From Burkholderiaceae bacterium (GTDB lineage Bacteria; Pseudomonadota; Gammaproteobacteria; Burkholderiales; Burkholderiaceae_C): DNA of 64,000 nucleotides. The number at the start of each line of letters is the position of its first letter. Positions within the stretch are counted from its first letter, which is position 1. The translations under genes and the position numbers were made by a program. Below the pieces are notes generated by a model. The model made no database searches, had not been told where the DNA came from, and saw nothing but the letters and a program-made list of their open reading frames with translations. Positions 15,549 through 24,476 of this stretch are shown here, one piece after another. The stretch covers positions 25,262 through 89,261 of the forward strand of contig JAFALA010000082.1 of the NCBI GenBank assembly GCA_019234815.1. The letters are read 5' to 3'.

Positions 15549-16402
15549 CACTTCGACCCCGCCCAAATGTCTTCAGGTGCTGCGCCGGAAACGGGCACCT
15601 CGTCTTCCCACCTGTTGCCGTTCAGCCAGGTGGTGGGATGTGGAATGAACTGGCCGCCGTCTTTCGTCCACTGTTCGGACCGGCATTGCCGCCCAAGCGC
15701 CTGGCGTATCTGCGCGAGCAACGCCGCGTTGACTCCAAGCTTTTTGAACACTTTCAATGCCTGCGCCTTGCCGACCTTACGCGGATATGCCGCCCAGAAT
15801 TGAGCAAATGAATCCTCATCAGCATCACTCCCGGCATGGGAGTGTGGGGATATATATTCCTGTTTCTGTTTCTGTTCCTGTTTCGGCGAAGTCTTTCGAG
15901 AAGGCTTTGACAAAGGCTTTGGGGAAGGCTTTCCGGAAGCCTCATCGAAAGCCTTTCCAAAGCTGTCCGACAGAGAGAAAAGTACCGCTCTGATGTGCTC
16001 GAAAGCACGCGCTCGAAGCTCACATTCAGGCAACATCGACAGGGATTCGCGCCACGACCTGACGACGTTCGGATTCGCTGGCATGTTGTGCTTGATCGCG
16101 TTCGGAATGAACCATAAACGGCTCTTTTGATCGAACTCGCACAACCCTTCCCGAAAGACTTCGGCAAAGGCTTTCGCAAAGCCTTCGTCACACCATCCGA
16201 GGTTCTCGGCCAGGGCCGCACGGCCAATCACAAACAGGCCTGGAATGGCTGCAGTGTGGGGGCCTGTGAGCAAGTAAATCCAAAGGCTTTGTCCAGATGG
16301 CTCAGCAGGCGACAGGCGCAAAAACTTCTCGTCGCCATACATCCGCACGCTGAGTCGCCTGTAAATGCCTTCTGGGCGCAACTTCTGGGACGCTTCATTC
16401 AT
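15548..16402 (-). CDS. Phage/plasmid-type replication-associated protein
   Basis: Start at ATG 16402 (GGAGG RBS). C-terminal FWAAYPRKVGKAQALKVFKKL....W.KDGGQFIPHPTTWLNGNRWEDE is a block I recall from phage replication proteins. Has a KQEQKQKQE linker. Confidence 0.55.
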   Translation of the reverse strand: MNEASQKLRPEGIYRRLSVRMYGDEKFLRLSPAEPSGQSLWIYLLTGPHTAAIPGLFVIGRAALAENLGWCDEGFAKAFAEVFREGLCEFDQKSRLWFIPNAIKHNMPANPNVVRSWRESLSMLPECELRARAFEHIRAVLFSLSDSFGKAFDEASGKPSPKPLSKPSRKTSPKQEQKQKQEYISPHSHAGSDADEDSFAQFWAAYPRKVGKAQALKVFKKLGVNAALLAQIRQALGRQCRSEQWTKDGGQFIPHPTTWLNGNRWEDEVPVSGAAPEDIWAGSK

Positions 16403-16567
16403 GGGCGCCTCCGTCGCGGTGAACACCTCGATTGAATTCATCAGCGAGCCGTTGCGCCGCCTGCTCAGTTGGCGCGTCGCCGACGCTATGCAGCGAGCCG
16501 CAACCCAGCATGCGAAAGACAACATGGAAGTGGCCGTCAATCGCCTGATGCACGAAATAGTGCCGGC

Positions 16568-16891
16568 TCATGTTGGCACCTCCGAATCGCCAGCACTCAG
16601 GCCCAGCAACGCCACGGCACGGGCGCGCTGGGCTTCGGTCAGGACATAAATGCCATGCTCAACGCTACGGCCGTCACGGTCCCGTGTTCGGCGGAGGTTG
16701 CAGACGATATTCAGGCCGTAGGTACGGCGCAGCTTCGCGATTACGTCAGGAGAATTGCTGGCGCCGGAAATCCTGTCCAGTGACTCACGAGAGGCCGGAC
16801 CGCGCAGTAGCGCCGCCAATGCTCGGGCCTGGCGTGGCGATAGCTTGCGGAACTGGGCGCCGTCGCTGGGGTTGCAAGGCTTGCGTGCCAT
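16568..16891 (-). CDS. Hypothetical protein, probable (winged) HTH DNA-binding
   Basis: LSPRQARALAALLRGPASRESLDRISGASNSPDVIAKLRR is HTH-like. Its ATG shares one base with the alpA stop. Confidence 0.45.
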   Translation of the reverse strand: MARKPCNPSDGAQFRKLSPRQARALAALLRGPASRESLDRISGASNSPDVIAKLRRTYGLNIVCNLRRTRDRDGRSVEHGIYVLTEAQRARAVALLGLSAGDSEVPT

Positions 16892-17175
16892 CACAGCACC
16901 TCCGCACCCGCGGCCTGTGCACGCGCAGCCTGTGCACGGCGCAAGTCACCTACGCGCCATGCGGTGGTGTTTGGTCCGATTTTCCACGGGGCTGGCAGAA
17001 GGCCCTTTTGAACCCTTCTCCAAATTGTTGCCGGGCTGACATCGCCCTCAAGGGCTTGCACCACGCCGATGCGAACAAACTTGGAGTCAGGCAGGCTATC
17101 GAACTGGGCCAGCGCAACCGGGATGGAATGCGCATCAGATGAAGTGCCACGAGACACCGAAACAAGCTTCTTCAT
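16891..17175 (-). CDS. alpA: AlpA-family transcriptional regulator / excisionase-like
   Basis: FVRIGVVQALEGDVSPATIWRRVQKGLLPAPWKIGPNTTAWRVGDL matches the AlpA/MerR-like HTH pattern seen next to P4-type integrases. Confidence 0.8.
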   Translation of the reverse strand: MKKLVSVSRGTSSDAHSIPVALAQFDSLPDSKFVRIGVVQALEGDVSPATIWRRVQKGLLPAPWKIGPNTTAWRVGDLRRAQAARAQAAGAEVL

Positions 17176-17319
17176 TGCGTTGCCTTTTGTGAGGCACGGG
17201 GAGCGGCCCCGTTACCCGACGCCATGCACTGTTGCATGGAGCAACGCAATTAAATTTCCACGAAACAGCGGGAGAAAGCCCTGTCCAATCTATTCCGCTC
17301 TATTCAGCCTTGATCCGCT

Positions 17320-18030
17320 CTATCCCGCCTTGTTTTGCTTGGCCCGCGTGTTTCGGAGGTAACTCAGGCGACCGGAAAATGATTTATACGTGAGCGTTTG
17401 CCGCTTCGAGTCACTATCGCGGTACTGAACCCCGCCGGGATTCGAATCTTGGGGAGCCAACAATCCAACCAGCGGCGGCGGTGGATTATCGGACTCGACC
17501 ATATTCCGGAGTTGATTCCAAACATCACTCGGTGCAGCGGACTCGCCTCCTGCCAAATGTTCCGCTTGCTCGATGAGTGAAGTCAACACATTTTTGCGAC
17601 CGGTCCTGTTGCTGTGCACGCGCCCAGGTGTCGCATCCACTTGAGGGACTTCGGCTGTAGATCCTGTTCCGTGCGCGTCGGATGGCGGTGACTGCGGGCA
17701 CATCGAAACGCGGTCAGGAATTGACAGTTCGATGCCTACACTGCCGCAGTATTTAGCCAGGTCCTCCACCTTCAGCATGCTGCCATGATGGCCACTGCCC
17801 GCCACTATGGGCCGTTTGGAATGGGCGTCATGAAGAACGTATTCACCGCTATCGATCAATTCGCGCAACGCCTTCCAATGCAGATCTATTGTGGCCAGCC
17901 GCAATAGCTTGTTGGTGTCTTCTTCCCCATTGCTTGGCGTCGGGTACTGAAGTTCAGCGACGACCTGCGGGACGCCTTGCGCCACCACAAATCTAGTTCC
18001 ACTCTTGAGCGCGAATTTCGTATAGCTCAT
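17320..18030 (-). CDS. Hypothetical island protein
   Basis: 236-aa ORF in island gene order. No motif recognised. Confidence 0.5.
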   Translation of the reverse strand: MSYTKFALKSGTRFVVAQGVPQVVAELQYPTPSNGEEDTNKLLRLATIDLHWKALRELIDSGEYVLHDAHSKRPIVAGSGHHGSMLKVEDLAKYCGSVGIELSIPDRVSMCPQSPPSDAHGTGSTAEVPQVDATPGRVHSNRTGRKNVLTSLIEQAEHLAGGESAAPSDVWNQLRNMVESDNPPPPLVGLLAPQDSNPGGVQYRDSDSKRQTLTYKSFSGRLSYLRNTRAKQNKAG

Positions 18031-18154
18031 ACCATCCCTATGGCATCTCTCCGGCTAGTCGGATACCCCAGCGCAACATGTCGGAGGCCACGTATTCAGC
18101 CCGGTTTGTGGCCGGGCCTGGCTGGAGCAATGCAAGGTGGTCCTTACCTGGCGC

Positions 18155-18689
18155 TCATGCTTGGGCTCCTTGGGCGGGGTCGGCCGTGCGGACCTTGGCC
18201 GGGCGGCCTGACTTTCTGCGCTTGGGGATGAACTTGGCCTTGAAAGCCTGGAAGGCCTTGTCTTCGCTGGCCTTGAAGTACGCGATAATTTCGCGGGTCC
18301 GCTGGCGCTGCCCGGCGGCAGACTGGCGATAGATCTCGTCGCACAACTCGGCGCCCTTCTTCTGGATGGCGACGGCGCGGGCGTCAGGGCGTACCGTCAG
18401 TTGAAAGCGCAGGTTCCACCAGTCGCCCGCAAGCCAAAGCCTCATCGGACCCTTCATGCCTTCGGGGCGGGTGCGATTCAGGGTGAATTCGAGCTTGCCA
18501 GTACTCCACCACACAGAGAGCCCCCCCCTCGGGCCATTGAGTACCGGGCGGGATGATGCCTTCTGCTTCCAACTGGGCGCGGGTTCCCTGGTACTCCACA
18601 AAGTCAAGGTTACGTGGACGAATGCAAACGTTCAGCGGGCGCTCATTGCCCTGGTCAGCCGGTTCGGATGCGAAAATGCGTGTAGCCAT
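18155..18689 (-). pseudogene. Hypothetical island gene split by a +1 frameshift in a G8 (plus-strand C8) homopolymer
   Basis: ORFs 18384..18689 and 18155..18607 overlap. The frame switch maps to C8 at 18521..18528. Removing one base gives one 177-codon ORF. Strong RBS AGGAGGG before ATG 18689. Confidence 0.6.
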
Positions 18690-18816
18690 ACGTTGACCCT
18701 CCTATGGTCAAGCTGTGGTTAGGCCGGCCGGGCGCTTAGAACACCCGGCTTGGCCGCCTTACCGCTGGTCCGCAGCGGTCACGGTCGCTCGATGCCGTCG
18801 AGCACGGTTTCTCAAG

Positions 18817-20055
18817 TCAAGCCCGCTTGCTCAGTTGCAAATCGATAACCTTGGCGGGCAACTCGGGCCGGGCCAGGAATGCCGCCCAATCGTCCATCAT
18901 CATTCGGCGGCGCTCTACCATGTCACCACGCCGGTAAGCGGCCTCGGTCTTGTCGCCAATGGCATGCGCCAGCGCCATTTCGGCCATGTCGCCGGGGTAG
19001 CTGGTGCGCTCGCCTACCCAGTCGCGGAAGGTTGATCGAAAGCCGTGGACGGTCGCGGGAACCTTCAGCCGGCGCATGACCGCGCTCAACGTCATGTCGG
19101 AAAGCATGCCGCCCCGCGGAGCGGGAAACACAAGCTCGGTACCGGCCATGCGCGGCAATGCATTGAGCAAGTCAACGGCCGCGTTCGTCAGCGGTACCCG
19201 ATGCTCCTTGCCAGCCTTGATCCGCCCAGCCGGCACGGTCCAGGTCATTTCCTCGAAATTGAATTCGGCCCAGGTTGCGCCGCGGACTTCCCCACTGCGC
19301 GCCGCGGTCAGAATGGCGAACTCAAGGGCGCGGGCGCCCATGCCTTCCGACGCCCTGAGCTTGACCATGAATGCTGCAGCCTCGGAAACAGGCAGAGCGG
19401 CGTGATGTCCGGCTTGATTGACCTTTGACGGCTTGGGCAACAGCTTATCCAGGTGGCCGCGCCAGCGTGCCGGATTTTCCTTGCTGCGATAACCACGGGC
19501 ACCAGCCCAATCAAGAATCAACTCGATCCGCCCGCGCACGCGCACGGCCGTTTCGTTGGTAGTCGTCCAAATCGGTTCTAGCACCTTCATGACGTGCGGA
19601 AGGGACACGTCATGGACCAACAGCCCGCCGAATACCGGAAAAACATGCTGGGCAAGTGAGTTTTCCCACTGCTGGCCATGCTTTGCACTCTTCCAAGCCG
19701 CCCGATGGGTCTTGATATAGGACTCGGCGCATTGTTTGAAGGTCAGCGCAGCAGCTTGACTGGCTTTGAGCTGATTGCGAGCCTCCCTGCCCTGCTCCAC
19801 GGGGTCAATGCCTTGTCGCACCTTGTCGCGAGCGTTCCGGGCATCCTCACGGGCCTGCGCCAGCGTCACTTCAGGATAGCCGCCTAGCCCCATATCGCGA
19901 CGCTTGCCGCCCATGGTGGCCCTAAGAATCCAGGTGCGCCCGCCAGTTGGCAAGACCTGCAGCGCGAGGCCTGGCACTGCGCCGACGAAATGCATTCCCG
20001 GCTTCGTCAGGTTCTTGACCTGCAATGCCGTGAGTTCGGTAGCTTTGCGTGCCAT
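18817..20055 (-). CDS. int: Tyrosine recombinase, P4-type integrase (DUF4102 N-domain plus phage integrase catalytic domain)
   Basis: N-terminal LTALQVKNLTKPGMHFVGAVPGLALQVLPTGGRTWILR (DUF4102-like). C-terminal ARSGEVRGATW, HGFRSTFRDW, LAHAIGDKTEAAYRRGD (R..H.R..Y catalytic set). GGAGG RBS. Confidence 0.95.
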   Translation of the reverse strand: MARKATELTALQVKNLTKPGMHFVGAVPGLALQVLPTGGRTWILRATMGGKRRDMGLGGYPEVTLAQAREDARNARDKVRQGIDPVEQGREARNQLKASQAAALTFKQCAESYIKTHRAAWKSAKHGQQWENSLAQHVFPVFGGLLVHDVSLPHVMKVLEPIWTTTNETAVRVRGRIELILDWAGARGYRSKENPARWRGHLDKLLPKPSKVNQAGHHAALPVSEAAAFMVKLRASEGMGARALEFAILTAARSGEVRGATWAEFNFEEMTWTVPAGRIKAGKEHRVPLTNAAVDLLNALPRMAGTELVFPAPRGGMLSDMTLSAVMRRLKVPATVHGFRSTFRDWVGERTSYPGDMAEMALAHAIGDKTEAAYRRGDMVERRRMMMDDWAAFLARPELPAKVIDLQLSKRA

Positions 20056-20073
20056 GTCACACCTCCGCCCTTG

Positions 20074-20097
20074 ACACCCATCATCTAACCCATCATC
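20074..20097 (+). repeat. Putative arm-type integrase binding site, right (2 x ACCCATCAT)
   Basis: ACACCCATCATCTAACCCATCATC lies 19 nt upstream of the int start codon and pairs with 11159..11182. Confidence 0.6.
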
Positions 20098-20215
20098 GAT
20101 TTTGCGATTTGATGTTATGCGATGAACCGGGCTGATTCAACAAGTATTTGATTTACAAGGGGCTAACGTAGAACTTGAGGCGGCGTGAAACGGCGTGAAT
20201 TATGGCGGAATGGGA

Positions 20216-20229
20216 CACCGCTTCCGCCA
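20216..20229 (+). repeat. attR core (duplicated tRNA-Ser 3' end)
   Basis: CACCGCTTCCGCCA, identical to 11093..11106. Confidence 0.7.
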
Positions 20230-20342
20230 GCATATTCGCATTGCAATCTGCATAGACTGCTGGCGGTTCAGCGAGCGCCGACCTGAATTTCTCGAGCTTG
20301 CTCGAACCGTATCGGACTGGCATAGCAGCCCACTACCCGCGC

Positions 20343-21056
20343 TCAATGCTGCTGAGTTGCCAGTGCGTGTGCGTCACTTTCGTTTGCATCACGCTCCAGA
20401 GTCCTCGCCAACACGCCCTCGAATTTCAACTCACCCAGTTTGAGCGGTTTGTTTGCAATGCGATGAGCACTGGCAGCGTCTACTCCCAAGGCACGGAGGA
20501 TTGCTGCAGCACTATGCTCCGCGAAGTTACGTGGACAACCCGGCTTGAGCATGCCATGTGCTGCACCGAGTACGGTGCCAGCCACAATGTTCACGGCGAC
20601 GTCGACAGGCATGCTGATGAAGCGCTTTTGCCGAATACCGTCCGCCAAGTCGCGCCTCACAAAGTCCAACAACAGCGTCGGCCCGCGCAAATCTGGCCAG
20701 CCCAGACGCACGATGAATCCCGCTGCAAGCGGATGATGAATGGCCAGCTTTGCCACGATTCGAAAGCCGCAAGCCACACGCTCGGCTGGATCTTCAAGGC
20801 TCAGTACAAAAGGCTCCGCCATGGAGATCAACTCATTGGCGATTTCCACGGCCAAGTCATGAAACAAGGCCTCTGGCGACGGGTAGTACTTGTAGAAGGT
20901 TCCCCGCGATACCTCGGCCGTTGAGATCACGTCGTCGATAGACGTCTCCCCCATGCCCTTGGTGGCAATCAGCTTCATTGCACTCGCAAGCAAGCGCGCA
21001 CGCATCCGCTCACGACGTTCCGCAGCGACACGATGACGGTGATCGATGGTTGACAT
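20343..21056 (-). CDS. TetR-family transcriptional regulator
   Basis: LIATKGMGETSIDDVISTAEVSRGTFYKYYPSPEALF is a canonical TetR HTH. Divergent from the catabolic operon. Confidence 0.9.
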   Translation of the reverse strand: MSTIDHRHRVAAERRERMRARLLASAMKLIATKGMGETSIDDVISTAEVSRGTFYKYYPSPEALFHDLAVEIANELISMAEPFVLSLEDPAERVACGFRIVAKLAIHHPLAAGFIVRLGWPDLRGPTLLLDFVRRDLADGIRQKRFISMPVDVAVNIVAGTVLGAAHGMLKPGCPRNFAEHSAAAILRALGVDAASAHRIANKPLKLGELKFEGVLARTLERDANESDAHALATQQH

Positions 21057-21099
21057 GCATGCATTGTGCCATCACCGGCTAGGTATAAACGACACACTT

Positions 21100-21121
21100 G
21101 TCACGGTGACTGTTTTGTCAC
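21100..21121. promoter_or_regulatory. Candidate TetR operator (GTCACGGTGAC palindrome plus a third GTCAC half-site)
   Basis: Read in the 106-nt divergent intergenic region between the tetR and fadL-like genes. Assignment to the regulator is inference. Confidence 0.3.
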
Positions 21122-21162
21122 TATGATAGGAACAACTATTCGAAATTCATCCTGGAGACAAC

Positions 21163-22341
21163 ATGCGTACCACGAACCCTTCGGCCTCAATCGCCCTGAC
21201 CGTCGCAACACTGGCGTTTCACAGCTCGGTTCTCGCCGTCAACGGGGCTCAGCCCGGGGGATATGGCATTGAAAACGCAACGATGGGAGGCACGTCGATT
21301 GCCCTTCCACTGGATGCGGAGGCTGCTGCCAACAATCCGGCTGGCTTCGGCATGCTTCCAAGCTCTTGGACGCTTGGTTTTCAAATCTTCGATGGACATT
21401 CGTCCGCCGAATATGTGTTGCCTGGCAACGAGTTGCGCAATCAGCAAACCCAGCTCGTACCGGAAGGCGGCATCAACTGGCATCTCGACTCGCAATGGGC
21501 GCTTGGCCTGAGCGTTGCCGATAGCGGGGCAGGCTCCAATTACGGGCAAACGGCACTGCCCGTACCCGGCGCGGGCAAAGCCAAGACGACTCTTCGCGTC
21601 ATGGAACTGGTTCCGGCCGTTGCCTGGACTCCTCGCCCCGATGTGTCTTTGGGACTGGGCCTGAATCTCGCCTACCAGCAATTTGAGGCCGACGGCGTCA
21701 TTGTTCCTGCCCCCGTGCCGGGAGGGCTGGCGCCCGTGCCCGGCCACGGAACGCAAACGGCAACCGGCGCTGGCCTGCGCGCGGGCCTGATGTGGAAGCC
21801 CTCAGATGACTGGACCTTAGGCGCCACAGTCAAGTCGCGCACCTCGATGAGCAAGCTCGATGGCTATGGCCAAGACCTGCTCGCGTACAGCGGAGGGCAC
21901 TTGGATCTCCCGGCGCAATACGGCGTTGGTGTTGCTTGGCAAGCCAGCCCTCAGCTCACGCTTGCCGCCGATTGGCTTCGCATTCTCTGGGGCGGCATCC
22001 AAGCGATGAAGGACCCCAACGGCTTCGGCTGGAAAGATCAACCTGTTGTGCGGCTGGGCGCGGCGTTGAAGATCGACGAGCGCTGGACGCTGCGCGCGGG
22101 CTACAGCCACAACGACAGCCAGATCGACCGCTCACGAACCGTGCAGAACCTGCTGGTGCCCTCGATCAACAACCAGGCCTTCACTCTGGGCGGGAGCTTG
22201 CAAGTCGACCCGCACGCCCAGATCACGTTGGGCTACGAAATCAATCCCCGAACCACCTTGAATGGCACAGGCGCATCGACCGGTACGTCGCTGACCAGCA
22301 AGGTGGAGATGTTCATGCTGGGGTATCACCACACCTTCTAA
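21163..22341 (+). CDS. FadL/TodX-family outer-membrane transporter for hydrophobic/aromatic compounds
   Basis: Signal peptide, GxGxxxxxMGG near the N-terminus (GYGIENATMGGTS), beta-barrel pattern, C-terminal MLGYHHTF. Confidence 0.85.
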   Translation: MRTTNPSASIALTVATLAFHSSVLAVNGAQPGGYGIENATMGGTSIALPLDAEAAANNPAGFGMLPSSWTLGFQIFDGHSSAEYVLPGNELRNQQTQLVPEGGINWHLDSQWALGLSVADSGAGSNYGQTALPVPGAGKAKTTLRVMELVPAVAWTPRPDVSLGLGLNLAYQQFEADGVIVPAPVPGGLAPVPGHGTQTATGAGLRAGLMWKPSDDWTLGATVKSRTSMSKLDGYGQDLLAYSGGHLDLPAQYGVGVAWQASPQLTLAADWLRILWGGIQAMKDPNGFGWKDQPVVRLGAALKIDERWTLRAGYSHNDSQIDRSRTVQNLLVPSINNQAFTLGGSLQVDPHAQITLGYEINPRTTLNGTGASTGTSLTSKVEMFMLGYHHTF

Positions 22342-22342
22342 A

Positions 22343-23497
22343 GTGAGTTTTTTTGTGAAAGCTACTCAAACCGTACTTCGACAGGTTGAGTCCTGCCCAG
22401 AGAGCAGGTTGCCGCGGGATGTACAAGCCCTGAAACGCCCCGCGGCCATCGGCCGAGCCGTAGAACTGGCGTTTCTTCGCTGGGAAAAGCGAAATCTGGC
22501 CGCCACCGAACAATTCTGGCAAGACTTTGGTTTTCAAATCGTTTCATGCACTCCCAAGAAACTGGTGGCCCGAGGCACAGGGACGGCGCCTTGCATCGCC
22601 ATTGCAGAAGCTGGTGATCACGACCGATTTGTCGGACCTGCGTTCCTGGTGTCAGACGACACGGATCTGTATCGCTACGTATCGGAAATGGGAGCGCAAT
22701 GGCTCTCTTCACAGCAGTTGCCGGCAGGAGGGCGAGGTGTCGAGCTGAAGGACCCCTGCGGCAGAGCGGTCTGGTTGCTCCAGGGGCAAGCCCGCGTCGA
22801 CCCGCTTCCCATGCGTGCGTCGCTGGTCCGGACGACCAACACCGCCGACCACACGCCGCGCCTGAATCAGACCGTGCGAACTGCCATTGAGCCGGCGAAG
22901 GTCACGAAGCTCGGGCACGTCGTGCTGCAAACCCTGGACTTTCCGCGTATGTCCGAGTGGTACATGCGAGTGCTAGGCATCATTCCCACCGACGTCCAGT
23001 ACTTGGCCGATGGCAGCCCGAACCTCGCATTCTGCCGACTGGACCTCGGACACCAAGCTGCGGACCACCATACCTTGGTCTTGGTTGGCGGCATTGAGGA
23101 GAAGTACGAGCACAGCGCATATGAAGTCCTGGACCTTGACGCGCTTGGTCAGGGCCAGCAAGTACTGCGTGCTCAAGGGCATCACCACATGTGGGGCATC
23201 GGTCGCCACCTACTGGGCAGCCAATTGTTCGACTACTGGCATGACCCGGAGGGGTTTGAATACGAGCACTATACCGATGGTGATGTGTTCACCGCCGACG
23301 TCGAAACGTTCTATTCCCCGCTGGATTTCGGCGGCATCTGGGCTTGGGGCGACGACGCTCCGGCCTCCATGAAACCGCAGAAAAACCTGCGAACCGTACT
23401 GCGGCTTCTCTCGCTGATCCGACGCAAGCTCATCACCCCTCAACGCCTGAAATTGCTGAGCGCGGCACTCGACGCGCCGGCACGCCCTTGGCTTTAA
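22343..23497 (+). CDS. Two-domain VOC-superfamily protein (extradiol ring-cleavage dioxygenase-like)
   Basis: KLGHVVLQTLDFPRMSEWYMRVLG...HHTLVL...EHSAYEV...HLLGSQLFDYWHDPEGFEYEHYTDGD. The start is uncertain; the track start 22343 is a GTG. Confidence 0.7.
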   Translation: MSFFVKATQTVLRQVESCPESRLPRDVQALKRPAAIGRAVELAFLRWEKRNLAATEQFWQDFGFQIVSCTPKKLVARGTGTAPCIAIAEAGDHDRFVGPAFLVSDDTDLYRYVSEMGAQWLSSQQLPAGGRGVELKDPCGRAVWLLQGQARVDPLPMRASLVRTTNTADHTPRLNQTVRTAIEPAKVTKLGHVVLQTLDFPRMSEWYMRVLGIIPTDVQYLADGSPNLAFCRLDLGHQAADHHTLVLVGGIEEKYEHSAYEVLDLDALGQGQQVLRAQGHHHMWGIGRHLLGSQLFDYWHDPEGFEYEHYTDGDVFTADVETFYSPLDFGGIWAWGDDAPASMKPQKNLRTVLRLLSLIRRKLITPQRLKLLSAALDAPARPWL

Positions 23498-23519
23498 GCT
23501 TTATCGACTGGTAATTTCC

Positions 23520-24476
23520 ATGCCACGCACCGTAGTTCGTTACACCCATCAAGACACCGCCCGCTGGGGCGTGCAATTCGGCCGAATGATTGCGCCACTG
23601 AATTGCGACGTACAAACCACCGGCGAATTGCTGGAACACTTTTGGGACCTGATCTGGGCGCAACAACCTGACCAAGCCACTGTTTCTCTTGAGACCGTTG
23701 AATTGCTCGCGCCCGTCACCGATCGGCAGCAATTCATCTGCCAGGGCGTGAACTATCGCAGTCACATCGCCGAGTCCGGATTGAAGATTGAGAACTTTCC
23801 GTTCAACACAATTTTCACCAAGGCATCGTCATGCATCACGTCAGCCCATGCTACGGTGGTTCGACCGAGCCACGTCAAATTGCTGGACTATGAAATTGAG
23901 CTTGGACTGGTGATGCGAAAGGCCCTGCCTGCAGGCACACAGGTTCGCACCGAGAATCTTTCCACTTGGCTGGCTGGCGTCACAATCGTCAACGACCTGT
24001 CTGCACGCGATGTCCAGCTGCCGCAAGGACAGTTCTACAAGGGCAAGAGCTATCGCGGCTTCGGCCCGGTCGGCCCTGCTCTCGTATTGCTCACTCCCCA
24101 CGAGTGGAGCCGCTGGCCGGAGTTGCACATGAAACTCTTGGTCAATGGGCAAACACGTCAGGATGCTTACTGCGCGGACATGATCCACACCCCGGCGGCA
24201 ACATTGACGGAACTGGCCGCGATGCACGACGTTCATGCCGGCGACCTGATCGCTACCGGCACACCGGCAGGCTGCGCAGCACGGGCGCCTGGCAAATTGA
24301 CGATGTTCATTCTCAAGCATTTGATGAGCGAGGCCACCAAATGGCGTCTATTCATCAAGAAAGGGGCCAGCAACCCTGCCTATTTGCGTCCAGGCGACCA
24401 AATCTTGGCCTCCATTCGAACTGACGATGGCCTGATTGATCTCGGTGCCCAAACCACCCGAATCACTGCGCCATGA
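23520..24476 (+). CDS. Fumarylacetoacetate hydrolase (FAH) family protein
   Basis: QGVNYRSHIAE, LDYEIELGLVMRK, VNDLSARDVQLPQGQFYKGKSYRGFGPVGP, DLIATGTPAG. Confidence 0.9.
   Translation: MPRTVVRYTHQDTARWGVQFGRMIAPLNCDVQTTGELLEHFWDLIWAQQPDQATVSLETVELLAPVTDRQQFICQGVNYRSHIAESGLKIENFPFNTIFTKASSCITSAHATVVRPSHVKLLDYEIELGLVMRKALPAGTQVRTENLSTWLAGVTIVNDLSARDVQLPQGQFYKGKSYRGFGPVGPALVLLTPHEWSRWPELHMKLLVNGQTRQDAYCADMIHTPAATLTELAAMHDVHAGDLIATGTPAGCAARAPGKLTMFILKHLMSEATKWRLFIKKGASNPAYLRPGDQILASIRTDDGLIDLGAQTTRITAP

Larger units (their letters stand above)
11093..20229. mobile_element. tRNA-Ser-integrated genomic island (P4-type integrase, AlpA, replication module, cargo); satellite/PICI-like or integrative mobilisable element, possibly decaying
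   Basis: A 14-bp direct repeat CACCGCTTCCGCCA occurs at 11093..11106 (tRNA 3' end) and 20216..20229. The integrase lies next to the distal repeat. Cargo looks lower in GC by eye. Confidence 0.75.

Noticed and set aside
15859-15883. (CTGTTY)4 hexamer microsatellite inside the Rep-like gene, encoding KQEQKQKQE.
   Set aside because: An in-frame low-complexity linker between two domains. There is no evidence of phase variation, since the 6-nt unit keeps the frame.
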